Shown here: one piece after another, positions 12,487 to 24,744 of the stretch
How positions within the stretch are numbered: position 1 is the first letter of the stretch
How the letters are laid out: each line of letters begins with the position of its first letter
From: Octopus sinensis
Taxonomy: Eukaryota
DNA: 64,000 bases
Assembly (NCBI RefSeq): GCF_006345805.1
Contig: NC_042997.1
Coordinates: forward strand, 37,324,001-37,388,000
Direction of reading: 5' to 3'
Program-made: the position numbers and the translations under genes
The notes under the pieces: model-generated
Told to the model about the DNA's origin: nothing
The model's input: only the letters and a program-made list of their open reading frames with translations
Database searches by the model: none

Positions 12487-13405
12487 GCATATATATCTGG
12501 AGTGCGTGTATGCGTATATAAACGTAGTTACACATATGTGTAATATTTGTATATGTAGGTGCGTATGTGTAAAATATACACAAAACTTTATCTAAGATAT
12601 CCATTTAGCATTGAATGGCTTTTTGCGCAATATAATATAAGATGTCGTACCTCTCACAAATTGTAACATCGATTTCTTCCTATGGTGTTGCAGTCAATTG
12701 TTTTACGATAAATGTTATTTTCATAACCTAAATTTTGTTCTACAGTTAGAGAAATTGCATACATAGAGAGAAACCTAGGAATATTAGAGATAAATGTGCA
12801 TGTAACATTCAGTTTTATTTGATTTCATTCAGATGCATTCACTCCACACCTCACCAATACAACAACCATCATTTCCAAAACTGAATTGCCCTGCCATTGT
12901 TTCCTTTTTCTTCTGTTTCCCGTTTACCAACTCATTATTTTCTAGGATGAAAAACCTTTCTTTGTTAGAGAACACTTAACGAGGTATTCAACTCCCTATT
13001 TTTCTACAAATTTCACTTTCTTTAAGGCGAACCTAGAGGGTGGATCAGGTTTTCTAGTTAATGCCTCATATGCTATGATGCAGATTTTCTCCAATTACTG
13101 CGTTCTTTTTGTTATTAACAAAAGCAATTTGCCAATGTTTAAAAACTAGTTTAAACGCTATACATAATGTCGTTGCATCATCTCTGGTATTGTCGAACAC
13201 CTACCCTACCAGGGTACACCTTGCATTTGTTTTTCATTGCAACAGAAGCGATGTTATTTGCCGAAAATTGGTAAAGCATGCAATAACAAACATGATAGTC
13301 CTTAAAATAAAGGAATTTTGTGGATTGTCAGAAACTAAAAATAAAACAATATCAAAATAAAATATAACTTAATATGGTATTGAGTTAAATCACACTTCAT
13401 GCCAA

Positions 13406-13490
13406 CGTGAGCAAGTGTCTATTTATATCACATCAGGCTAACCAAAGGCTAGTCAGTGGATTTCGTAGACGGAAACTGAAAGAAGCTCGT
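13406..13490 (+). mobile_element. SINE-A partial 5' body
   Basis: gcaagtgtct..gtggatttcgtagacggaaactgaaagaagc. Confidence 0.7.
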
Positions 13491-13571
13491 ACTGTACACA
13501 TACTCACACATGCACACATATGTATGTGTGTATTGTATGTATGTATGTATGTATGTATGTGTGTATGTATA

Positions 13572-13796
13572 TTTTTCTTTTATTTGTTTCAGTAATTTGA
13601 CTGCGGCCATGCTGGAGCACCACCTTTAGTCGAGCAAATCGAGCCCAGGACTTATTCTTTGTAAGCCTAGTACCTATTCTATCGGTTTTTCTTGCCAAAC
13701 CGCTAAGTGACGGGGACGTAAACCTACCAGCATCTGTTGTCAAGCGATATTAGGGGGACACTCACAGATACACAAACATATATATGCATACATACA

Positions 13797-13875
<79 letters not shown>

Positions 13876-14374
13876 GTAAAGACCCCCTTCGGTCATGAAT
13901 GACCATGGGATTGCACCTAGAAAGTTACCCTCCTAGACACAAGTCCGGGCAAGGTTGTTTATGGAAGACCAGCAGTCGTCCATGCATACCGGCCTCCCCT
14001 CTCCACGCCACCAGTGTTATCCAATGGAAAGACAAAGATCGATACAGCTGGCACCATGACGTCGCAACTCATTTCTACAGCTGAGTGAACTGGAGCAACG
14101 TGAAATAAAGTGCCTTGCTCAAGAACACAACACGCAGCCCGGTCCGGGATTCGAGCTCACAACCTCACGATCGTAAGCTCGACGCTCTGACCACTGAGCC
14201 AATACATATATATATATCTACGACGGGCTTCTTTCAGTTTCCGTCTACCTAATCCACTCACAAGGCTTTGGTCAGCCCGAGGCTATAGTAGAATACATTT
14301 GCTCAAGGTGCCACGCAGTGGAACTGAACTCGGAACCATGTGGCTGGTAAGCAAGATACTTACCACGCAGCCAC
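13572..14374 (-). mobile_element. SINE-A interrupted by a nested SINE-C in its internal (TA)n
   Basis: 3' body 13572-13800, (TA)n, insert 13873-14201, head 14215-14374. Confidence 0.9.
13873..14201 (-). mobile_element. SINE-C, tRNA-Arg(ACG)-like head
   Basis: tggctcagtggtcagagcgtcgagcttACGatcgtgaggttgtgagctcgaatccc; body gtgttcttgagcaaggcacttta; tail hairpin ggtcattcatgacc. Confidence 0.9.
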
Positions 14375-14976
14375 AATATTTATATATGTAAAACAGAATT
14401 TAAAAATAGTTCTGGCTTGATTTCTTCCATTACACCTATTAATGCAGTTTACCAGCGTGGTTGCAGCCCAATGACAGAAGCAAAGAAAATTGGAAGATAC
14501 CGTGCCCTGGCAATTTCTATTATGTTATTCTAGTCATCGTACGTCGGCTGGTACTCCTAATCGGCAGCAGACAGTAAATCAATTACGAGGTGGGACCGAT
14601 AAGTGGTGAACTCATAAACAAGCAATTCACCGTCTTTTGAAACAGTGAAAATTTCTGGCTGTAGAAAAATGGTATATACATGCATCTAAATCAGCTCACT
14701 CCGCCACCTATCTTGTACGTATATATGTGTGTGTGTGTGCGTGAGCGAACGTATGTGTGTCAATCGAGAGGGGAATGAGATCCATACATATTCGATATAG
14801 AAAGCATGCTGTCGTGCTCAGATGATATGACTTTGCACACATAATTTTTTATCGAGGGTTACATCTGATCAGTTAGGAGAGGTTATAAGATGAAGCCATG
14901 TGAGCTGATATGAATATAAAGATGCAAATATACAAGTAAAGGATCTTAAGCTTGATATATATAAAATATACATACA

Positions 14977-15050
<74 letters not shown>

Positions 15051-15051
<1 letters not shown>

Positions 15052-15349
15052 AGGTGCAATGGCCCAGTGGTTAGTGCAGCGGACGCGCGGTTGTAGGATC
15101 GCGGTTTCGATTCCCAGACCGGGCATTGTGAGTGTTTATTGAGCGAAAACACCTAAAAGCTCCACGAGGCTCCGGCAGGGATGGTGGTGATCCCTGCTGT
15201 ACTCTTTCACCACAACTTTCCCTCACTCTTTCTTCTGTTGGCCTGCTCGCTTAGCCAGCGGGGTGGCGTCATTCAAAGGCTAAATCAATGCGAACGCATT
15301 GTGACCAGTGATGTGTAACAACATCCGATGGTCTGGTCGGTCACGTGAT

Positions 15350-15357
<8 letters not shown>
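15051..15357 (+). mobile_element. SINE-D, tRNA-derived, tail ending in (CACGTGAT)2
   Basis: A-box tggcccagtggttag, B-box ggtttcgattccc. Confidence 0.88.
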
Positions 15358-15383
<26 letters not shown>

Positions 15384-16812
15384 CTGAGAGAGATCTTCTT
15401 TAAGTATTAGAAATAGCTAAAGAAATTTCTTTAGCTGCTATTTCTAATGAGTTCAGTATGTGGCAAAGTAATTATTTTACTAAGCCCTTATATAATGTAT
15501 ATTTTGAATTCGCCTAAAATGGTCCTTTTACATACTGAATACTTGGTGAAATTGATTAATAATTAATTAATTTTTACCCTCAATTGTGTGAAATATATAT
15601 ATATATATATATAGGGAGAATTTAAAAATACATTCTTTGCTTCTATTGGTAAGTAAAATACCATCGCTGTAAAAGTAGTTGAATAACTTCCTTCTTTATA
15701 GGGGGTACGATGAAGAAAGTGTAAGGCATTATTTCCTCTTATACCTCTGGTCACACCTCTACAAAGTCAAAGTCACTGGACTATCAAAACAATTTGATAG
15801 AACGAGCGAAAACGGTAGAAGCTGTGCGTCACTTTTTTCGAATACGAAAACACTTTTCCAGAATCAAACACTTTGAAATAAACCGTATGATAATAAAATG
15901 CATGCAGCTCGAAGATGTAGCAGAGGCCGAATACAGGTGGGCTAAGATTCAACATATTCTAAAACATGAAATTTTGTGGAACAGCATTGATAGTTATCAC
16001 CGTAGTAATTGATGTGCTCAATGCAAAGTTCACCGACATGTTAAGTTGCCGAATAGTATCCAAGAGTTCGAAAGACACTACTCAGAATGTTTCTATGACT
16101 TCCACACACCATCCTCAGGTAAATTTCAGAGAGGTAGGATGTCAAGCAAATTAGACTTCATACCTCAAATTTCAGACAACGATTTCAATCGAACATCACT
16201 GGATATGTGGTATTTAATAAAATAACATTCACATTCATAAGAAAATTAGGTGTGACGTGAATGGGCATACGTGAAGCAGAGAGATCAGACCGTTGTATAT
16301 TTAGATTCAGTTACGTTATTTAGATTCATTGGTTTATGTTTAGAGAACGCACACGTATCACAGATATACTGTAGCCTTGAGTTGACGTTAAGATCATTAG
16401 AAACACGATATTTTGTCAGTAAAGTGAGATTCAGAGACACGTCTCAGAGCAGCAGAAAGCCATAAAAATGTCAACTATGCAACGTAAGTATAATAGATTC
16501 ACATATATTCACATTCACACTCCAAGACACAAACATGTGCACGTATAGTATATAGAATGGAGGTTATCGCTCTCATCTCTAGCTTTAAGTTATACTTACA
16601 CACCTAGGTTTCTGCGTGGTCGCCCGTCCTCGCCAGAGCTAGAAATCATGATCCAAGTGTATCCGAATGCCAAAATATTTAGCATTGAGCTGTATTTGCA
16701 ATGTTTAAATTATTTAACCAGTTCGCCCGCCAACAGTTATTTTTCTGTTGAGTTTTTCAGTGTTATTGGTGGTTTAACTGAGGGTTCTTTGTATATATAT
16801 ACATACAGATAC

Positions 16813-16890
<78 letters not shown>

Positions 16891-16957
16891 TATATATATA
16901 CATATATTATATAGACATATATATATATATATATACATACACACACTCACACACACC

Positions 16958-16992
<35 letters not shown>

Positions 16993-17298
16993 GATTGATA
17001 AAAAGGTAAGTCGTGGCTACCCCAGCGTGAACCAATTGTTCATTGAAATTCTTGAAAATGGGAAAAGTACAGAAGTTGGCACGTTTCAGCGTTGATTTAA
17101 ACATGTCAGCTGGGATGAGAATTGATTCATAATTCGCTACTGGCTCAAAAGACTTAAACGATATTCTGTTGTGCTCAATCCAGTGTTTTTTTATTTATTT
17201 ATATATATTCTTAGTTTTACATACCACTCGTCTTCACAACAGTGTATAACTATTTTACGGTATGGAAAACGCCTGTAAGTGACTCTTGCGTATGCACG

Positions 17299-17321
17299 GC
17301 TTACCTGAAAGAGAACGTGAG
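17299..17321 (-). promoter_or_regulatory. juxtaposed 3'/5' splice signal (ctcacgttctctttCAG|GTAAGC)
   Basis: Pyrimidine tract plus CAG immediately followed by a consensus donor; recursive site or ordinary exon end. Confidence 0.25.
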
Positions 17322-18642
17322 TGTAAAGTTTGAATTTTCCATTGCTTATTTTGATGTTCTGATTAGATTTAGTGTTCAGTCATTCCCAGTTATTCACCAA
17401 TACGTCTACGTCGATGCCTCCTTTGCATACACATACACACAAGCACATACTCATACACACCGCATATATTATGTGCTTAAAGCTTTCGACATATATCTCT
17501 GAACATTAAAATATCTTAATATTTAATGCATTAAATTTGCTTAGATCTTTCAAATACATTACACTTTCGAAGTAGCTGTATACTCTTCTACAATTGTTTT
17601 CAAATCTATTGATTCTAATTGCCAACTATATCTCATTTATATCTTCTACTTTAAATGTTATGCATTTATTTCAAATGCCATTTTACTCTTTAAGGCATAT
17701 ACATCTAAACAATACATCATTACTTATTATACATAATAAACGATTCCAGCCAAATATCTCGAATGCATAAATCTTTTTTCACCACTCGCTTTTAGTCAGG
17801 GACAAAAATCACTATAATACACGTAACGAACAAAAACAGAAAGATATTAAGATTGGAAGATGAATTAGATATCTGAAACAGTTAAATGGAAATTAATTTT
17901 ACGAGTTATATACGAAATGTATTTAAAGCCTAGCTTCATATTTCCAAATTAAATATGATATTAGTGAATTATATTTTATTATTCTAAATCTTTAGAGCTG
18001 TATAGATTTTAATATCGTTTCTGGAGGCTACATTTTACAGAAATAAAAATATCTTTACATTTCGTTCTGAATTTATATCAGGATATCCTACTTTATCTCG
18101 CATAACTCGATATATATTCAACAACATATGGTCATAATACAGTCAACTCTAATTATGTTTATCTGAAGACATGCATAAATGGGGAAACAGCAATCTGTTT
18201 TAGACAGTTTCTAAATGCTAACAGTTCACAAAAATCCTTAATTTATGTGGGGCATTAAATGTGTTAATGCAACGCAGTATATGTAAAACTTTCAGACTGA
18301 ATTTGATGTTGATACTGTAATGTATATGGTGTAAAATTTTGAGAAGGAAGGTATCATATGAATATATGTTTCTGGAGATTCTAAATAGAAACATCATTTA
18401 CTATGCAGAAGAAAGATCATTTTGGATTTGAAATGAAACGAAACGTGAGATTCGTTCTGACGTCAGATAGCATAGCATATAATATTTTTTCACTCGAAGA
18501 TCAATTCCTACCAGTGCTAATGTTGATACCAATCCTAACGAGTTCAATAAATAGGGAACCATTCCAGGGCAGTGGAGTTATTTGGATTGTCTAACGAGAT
18601 GCGCCTTGGTGTCTGTTTTAATCAGATTATAACGTTAATTAC

Positions 18643-18768
18643 CTTCCTCTTTGACAATAACAATTTCAAGTTTGAAGAATTGTTGGTCCACCATAAAGAA
18701 ATTAGATAAGAAGCTTGCTTTAAATTGCAGTTTGGAAAGGAAAACAGTCTTACACATTGCATGGAGAT
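18643..18768 (-). CDS. candidate 126-nt symmetric exon, unknown product
   Basis: Acceptor acttttatactctttag, donor GAAG|gtaatt; open in phase 1 (DLHAMCKTVFLSKLQF..IVKEE) and phase 0. Confidence 0.25.
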
Positions 18769-19518
18769 CTAAAGAGTATAAAAGTTTTAGTAACACGGAA
18801 AACCTACAATATAGTTGAGATATTTAAATACAAACACAAGAAACAAATAAGTTTTTTTATACATTCAAGGGTAGAATACATAAAATAATCTAGATGGTGC
18901 ATCTACTCTCCCATTGGTGAATACCATCTGCTAGGCATTTCAGATTTTTTCAGCTTTAAATATTGACTTCGATAACGGATAGTCATTTCCTGTGCCTGAC
19001 TAACTATGCTAAGTAATGTGTAACCTATGCCTTCTTGGCAGACGTTATTTAGTTGATGATAAGCTATTTGGTTGTTTCTTTTTTTCAGAAAGAGACTGAC
19101 TTTTGACTTCTGTTTGAAGACTTGCTGCTCTCATACCACATTTTTATTAGCACAACATACCCACAATATATATATGGCAATAGCTTTCATGATATCAATG
19201 AGGACATAGTTCGCCTTCGCTGATGCACAGCAGCTATTGATTTCCCATCTTTTTCAATATTGCTTACCGCTATGGCCGAGGGTTGTGGTCCCTGATTTTC
19301 GATTGTCGAGACAAAGGTTAACGATACATTATTTCAATAACCTGGATCTTTGTAGGCAGGAACAATGTTTCTGTGTCTCATCTGTTTTTTACTTCAATTT
19401 TACCAGAACAGAATGCCTTTAGATGCCTCTAATATCTAGCTGCAACGCTTTCTATAGAAAATCTGAACCATAAGTCACATCTTTCTTTATGAGTCAACGA
19501 CCAGGTACCGTGCTGAAA

Positions 19519-19747
19519 GTACGGTGGTGAGTTGGAAGAAATGTTAGCACGCGAAATTCTTAGCGGTATTTCGTCTGCCGCTACGTTGTGAGTTCAAATT
19601 CCGCCGAGGTCGACTTTGCCTTTAATCCTTTCAGGGTCGATTAAATAAGTGCCATTTACGCACTGGGGTCGGTATAATCGACTTAATCCGTTTGTCCGTC
19701 CTTGTTTGTCCTCTCTGTGTTTGGCCCCTTGTGGGTAGTAAAGAAAG
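19519..19747 (+). mobile_element. SINE-B, full length, with 16-bp TSD
   Basis: TSD aggtac(c/t)gtgctgaaa at 19503-19518 and 19748-19763. Confidence 0.92.
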
Positions 19748-20460
19748 AGGTACTGTGCTGAAATAGGCCTCGTTTCTTATTACCTATTATTAATTGAACA
19801 TCCATGTTGACAACACCCAAACCTATGGCATTTCCAGTAGATATGATGCTCATCTATAACAAAATGCCTCTCATCCGTAATAAATGTAACGGTGAACCAA
19901 GAGCAAAACTTATCGTGGACAACTTAGCCCTGTTACTTAACTACCCCATGTTTGTAACTAGGGTTTATTGGAAGTAGTTTCAAGCATCAGCGTAGTCTGC
20001 ATATGTAATCAAACATGAGGCTGGAAACCAGACTAATTACTTTGGAGTGCTTCTCAATAATGATTTAATAAACTATGGATGTTAGTCTTGATATCCTGTA
20101 GTAATAAAGGGTGTCATAACGCATTGTATATATTTGCTTTCACATTTTTTTACAATTCTGTATCAAAATGTCGAGTAAACAAATACAAATCGTACCTCAA
20201 AAGATAAGACGGAAAACGGAAATAATAGATTAGCAAAAATAAAACGTGTTATATATCTAAAATACAAGTAAAAACATTCTCTATAAGAACATAACACACA
20301 AAAAAGCAATACAAAATTAAACGTCACGGAATAAACGTTTACCACAAAAATAAGAATAAATATGGAACCTTAAAATATATTTTTGATACTGAAAGAAATT
20401 ATTTCGAACAATTCCAAAAAAATTTGAACGATCTTGATAATGAGAGAAATAGAATTAGTG

Positions 20461-20940
20461 TTAATGTAGTTCGCTTTCTCTATGTTTTTGATTTAATGTT
20501 CCCAGAAAATAATACTGCGTGAATCGTGTAAAATTAAACCTTGTCACTTTACTGCATTTGTTGATACAATTTAGTATCAAAACATGTAACTTATCCCACG
20601 GGGAATATCTGAAATAACAAAACATATAACATTCTCTGCCGGTATCAACTGTCCTATAGGCAGAGTTTAATGTGTTTGATAAGGCCATCTGCCACAAGAA
20701 ACAGCAAATCTTATATTTCGAGTATTTTCTCAAGGCTGTACATTGTTGAAAAGAAGGAAATTGATATTGTTCGTCTTTAAAGTAGGAATCAATTTTTTGT
20801 ATCATATCTAAAGTCACGTCAAGACTTTCCCATTCTTCCTTACACAATGAGAGAGGACCGGAAACATTAGATTCCCATGTTCTCAAAGATTTTGTCTCAT
20901 CTTCCTCTTCTATCGTATATAAGATGCATAACAGAGTTTG
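20461..20940 (-). CDS. unexplained ~160-codon non-repetitive open frame
   Basis: EEEDETKSLRTWESNVSGPLSLCKEEWESLD...KHRESELH*; stop-free in AT-rich DNA; no family recognised. Confidence 0.3.
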   Translation of the reverse strand, partial: QTLLCILYTIEEEDETKSLRTWESNVSGPLSLCKEEWESLDVTLDMIQKIDSYFKDEQYQFPSFQQCTALRKYSKYKICCFLWQMALSNTLNSAYRTVDTGRECYMFCYFRYSPWDKLHVLILNCINKCSKVTRFNFTRFTQYYFLGTLNQKHRESELH

Positions 20941-21106
20941 GGCTTTATATACACCACACAAAACACACAAAACACACACACACACAAACACAACACACAA
21001 TATATATATATATATATATAACATAATATATTTATATATATTATATATATATATAATAATATATATATATACATATATACAGACAGACAGACAGAGGCAG
21101 CCAACG

Positions 21107-21255
21107 ACTATTGAAAATGTTGAAGACGCAACGATAATTTTAGTAAAAATAAATAAGTTAATGAGTGGAAATCACCGGTGAGTGTGTTATATTGATAAGG
21201 CACTAAATGAGAATGGCTCTCCCTAGACGCAATAAAATATGCTTCAACTTACAAA
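21107..21255 (+). repeat. dispersed ~150-bp repeat with hammerhead-like head, copy 2 of 3
   Basis: ACTA-TTGAAAA-T-GTTG-AAGAC-GCAAC-GATAATTT-TAGT. Confidence 0.8.
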
Positions 21256-21290
21256 TTCACATAAAGAAGCTTCCAAACCAAATACAAAAA

Positions 21291-21362
<72 letters not shown>

Positions 21363-23056
21363 AGTATGTATATATATATATGTCTATTTGACATTCCCAA
21401 GATACAGATAGTCTAGATTACTCTGCTCCCAAAAACAAACAATTCTCATTATAATGATTCCACTGTCAGTATTTTGGATGTATCTATTTCCATGGCTATC
21501 TATTTTCATACATAATTGAGTTCTTTAATCTAGTTCTTAGAAAGAAATATTACCATATTCGTGTATCTATACGTTAAATAGGATATAGTGTTTTTCCTTA
21601 AAGGTCTTACATAAAAATATCCGAATGATTCCCTTTAATCTACGTCTGTGTGTTAAGCTGCCAACTGTTTGGACCGGTTTTTGACTGAATACATCTGATG
21701 GAGTACATTTTCCATAATGAAAAGTCTAAAAACTATAAATAATGTGTGGGTTATTTTCTCAGTTTTGGGTAGGAATTACAATCAAGAAATAATGTTCTTT
21801 TCTTTCAGTTTTCTTTTTATTCTTTTTTTTCATTTTCAAAGCATCCATTTATTCGTACATTATGCACTATAATTTGCTTTTGTAGATGACTAAGAAATTT
21901 CTCTTGGGAAATGTTTTTTCTCTTGCTGCGCTAAAAATCCTTCTGGCACAAATTATTTACGATTTCTTGTCTTTCTTCACTTCTGCTGTGTTTTGTCCAG
22001 AATGCCGAGAATTATATACATCTCTCCATTTTGAGTAGGAGGAATAACAATAATAATTCAAATTTTATACCTAACAATATAAATTTGTAAAATTTGTGTG
22101 TGTTTATTAATATATGCAGGTATGTATATATGTCAGGTCAATTTAATGCTTCTGTTAACATATAAACCATTACAACCTATTGCATGGTCGGGACATCGGC
22201 CGATTAAACGGGCAAACCTACTGCGCTTCCTCAGAAAGGAGTTTTTTTTGCCATTGGATACACAGCAGAACGAAAAACAAAACCGATTTGAGGGATGAAT
22301 TCTATAGATTCAACGTCCATCCAACAACTGGGTGTGAGAGACAACCTATTTTGGCTTAGGCATCCCTCTGGAAGAATGAAAGTCTGAAATACCACCCACA
22401 TCATTGCGAAGTCGGGGATGTTGCTCTCCTTTGCTTTTAAACTATTTGGTGTTACACATGAGAGATTTAGCAGCATTGTGCAAGTTGTTTTTGACTGTAG
22501 ATTTCAGCACTGATATTGTTGAGAGATATTGTTTTAAATCTTAAACAAAAATGATAATTTGACAGCAGAGCAGGTTCAAGGTACCGACAACTGGGGCTGT
22601 CGCCAGGGTCACATCGTACTAGGAGGCGCCAAGGAGAGCGTGACAAAGACAAGGAAATTTGCTCGCCAAAGTTTGGCTTCCCCGGGGTACCAGCAAACCT
22701 AAGGCCGGACCTGTCTACAAGTAGACATTCACCATGAATGTATATTTTTCTTCTATTTTTAATATTTTAAATTCTGGCAGCTGGAAGTGAAATTAACACG
22801 ACACTGTGACAAGGCACGTTTAGAGAGAGTGCGGGATATAACTACGTGCACTTTCCCTTCATTGGTCAACTGAAGCTTAGACACTGTCACGTGACAGTTA
22901 GCTGGTGCTGGCTGCTGAAACCTACGGGTGAGTGTTTCAAGGGAAATTTAGCAAGATGGACATTCGCCCGCTGCCATTCGTTGACGCCCCATTGGAGAAC
23001 CCAAAGAAGAAAAGAAAAAAGGAGAAAGAAGAAACGCATTCAACACCAGAGATTAA

Positions 23057-23078
23057 GGCACCTCCGAAAGGGGGTGCC
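23057..23078 (+). other. 9-bp GC-rich hairpin with GAAA tetraloop
   Basis: ggcacctcc-GAAA-gggggtgcc (8 WC pairs plus 1 G-U). Confidence 0.8.
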
Positions 23079-23088
23079 CAGCCACGTC

Positions 23089-23130
23089 GAAAACTGTAGA
23101 GGAGTAGGGGCCGAAACCGGACGTTGTTCC
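23089..23130 (+). ncRNA. degenerate minimal hammerhead-like motif
   Basis: CUGUAGA-GG..CC-GAAAC-CGGAC-GUU; A6 altered, stem I broken. Confidence 0.35.
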
Positions 23131-23324
23131 TCCTGGTGATGTATTTAGCCACTGCATCCTATAAAGTAGCTGTTGAGGCAGCGAACCATGAAACATGGTT
23201 GGCATTCCCTCATTCATCGTGCCTCATTAATGGATATGTGAACTACTATAAACACGCGCATCCTACTAACTTCATCCTGTCACACATTAGCAAAATTTGC
23301 ATATTTTAACACTGTAGAATATTA

Positions 23325-23436
23325 TGTAACATAATGAGGTTTCATTTGCTCTGTAGGGTGCATTCGATTCCATTATATCGTACCCTACTCATTAGGAAGC
23401 AAAGCAGGTGTAACCCGAAACGATCGTCATGCTAAA
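23325..23436 (+). ncRNA. degenerate hammerhead-like motif with long stem II
   Basis: taacat-AATGA-ggtt..tttgct..gtagggt/accctac..agcaaa..aaccc-GAAAC-GATC-GTC-atgcta; first two core bases missing. Confidence 0.4.
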
Positions 23437-23590
23437 TAAAGCTTACAGTAGAATCTGTAATCTCCCTATCAATTATTTAATATATACTAAAATCGCAACG
23501 AGGAATTCCTTGCGTAAATCATGCGAAGGAAACTGCAGTACTGTCGATGACACATAATAGCCGTTTCAGTAAACGTGCTCTCAAGGCACA

Positions 23591-24004
23591 CTCTCTTTAC
23601 TCTTTTACTCTTTTACTTGTTTCAGTCATTTGACTGCGGCCATGCTGGAACACCGCCTTTAGTCGAGCAAATCGACCCCGGGACTTATTCTTTGTAAGGC
23701 CAGTACTTTTCCTATCGGTCTCTTTTGCCGAACCGCTAAGTGACGGGGACGTAAACACACCAGCATCGGTTGTCAGGCAATGCTAGGGAGGACAAACAGA
23801 CACACAAACACACACACACATACATATATATATATACATATATACGACAGGCTTCTTTCAGTTTCCGTCTAACAAATCCACTCACAAGGCATTGGTCGGC
23901 CCGGGGCTATAGCAGAAGACACTTGCCCAAGATGCCACGCAGTGGGACTGAACCCGAAACCATGTGGTTGGTTAGCAAGCTACTTACCACACAGCCACTC
24001 CTGC
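23591..24004 (-). mobile_element. SINE-A, young full-length copy
   Basis: Head gcaggagtggctgtgtggtaagtagc..gggttcagtccc, internal (TG)n/(TA)n, tail (gagtaaaa)n. Confidence 0.95.
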
Positions 24005-24464
24005 TACAGTTAGGTACATAACCAAAACAAGGTTTGGATCCTACATTTTAAAATCTATTTAAACTTTAATTTTAAATATAACCTATGTATATGAATACCT
24101 ACACGTGGGCATGTAAATATGAATATATTACTTCTGTGCGTACATGTGTGCGTGATCGCACGCATGTTTGCGTGTAATAAGATATTTGCTTTTGTGTTAA
24201 TAGCTAATTTTAAATTGTATTTAATAACTATAATTAATATATCTCTAAACTTAGTTTCTCTATAATTCTTAATTCGTCGTATCATATTTTACAATTATTG
24301 AATTTCATAAAATAAAAATTGAATTCATATCCTAATGAATTCCTTATTTTTTATGAGATCATCTTGAAACTAATAAATTCAGTTATCAGTACATGAAACT
24401 TCGTAAAATGTATACTTATTTATAATTTAGTATTTGAATAATATATATAAATATATATATATAT

Positions 24465-24744
24465 AAAATTAGAAAAAAAAAACACCTTTTATCAATTCAA
24501 AATGAACAATTAAATTACACCATCTAGAAAATTACATATAATAGAAATATTAAAATAACAATAAAATGTCAATGATTAAGTAAATTACATATAATAGAAA
24601 TATCAAAATTAAAATGATAATGTCATTGATTAAGTAAATGATTAGATATATTAATTTTAATATGTCTAATATATGCAATTTTCTAGATGGTGTAATTCAA
24701 TTGTTCATTTTCAATTAATAAAAGGTGTTTTTTCTTCTAATTTT
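24465..24744. repeat. foldback element: ~90-bp inverted arms, loop with an internal direct repeat
   Basis: 24465-24556 vs 24654-24744, about 7 mismatches; left arm recurs at 34568-34700. Confidence 0.9.

Noticed and set aside
15679-16154. Three overlapping plus-strand ORFs between a good acceptor (15701) and donor (16118), with a faint BEL/Pao-like LEDVAEAEYRWAKIQ
   Set aside because: No single open frame across the interval, and the similarity is too weak to call.
16416-16489. Initiator-like TCAGT, aaaaATG and donor gtaagt (MSTMQ first exon)
   Set aside because: Short motifs expected by chance; the nearest phase-compatible acceptor gives an immediate stop.
21400-22650. Possible N-terminal retroelement ORF on the minus strand
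   Set aside because: Many stops in all frames; could not be assigned to a PLE or an APE LINE.
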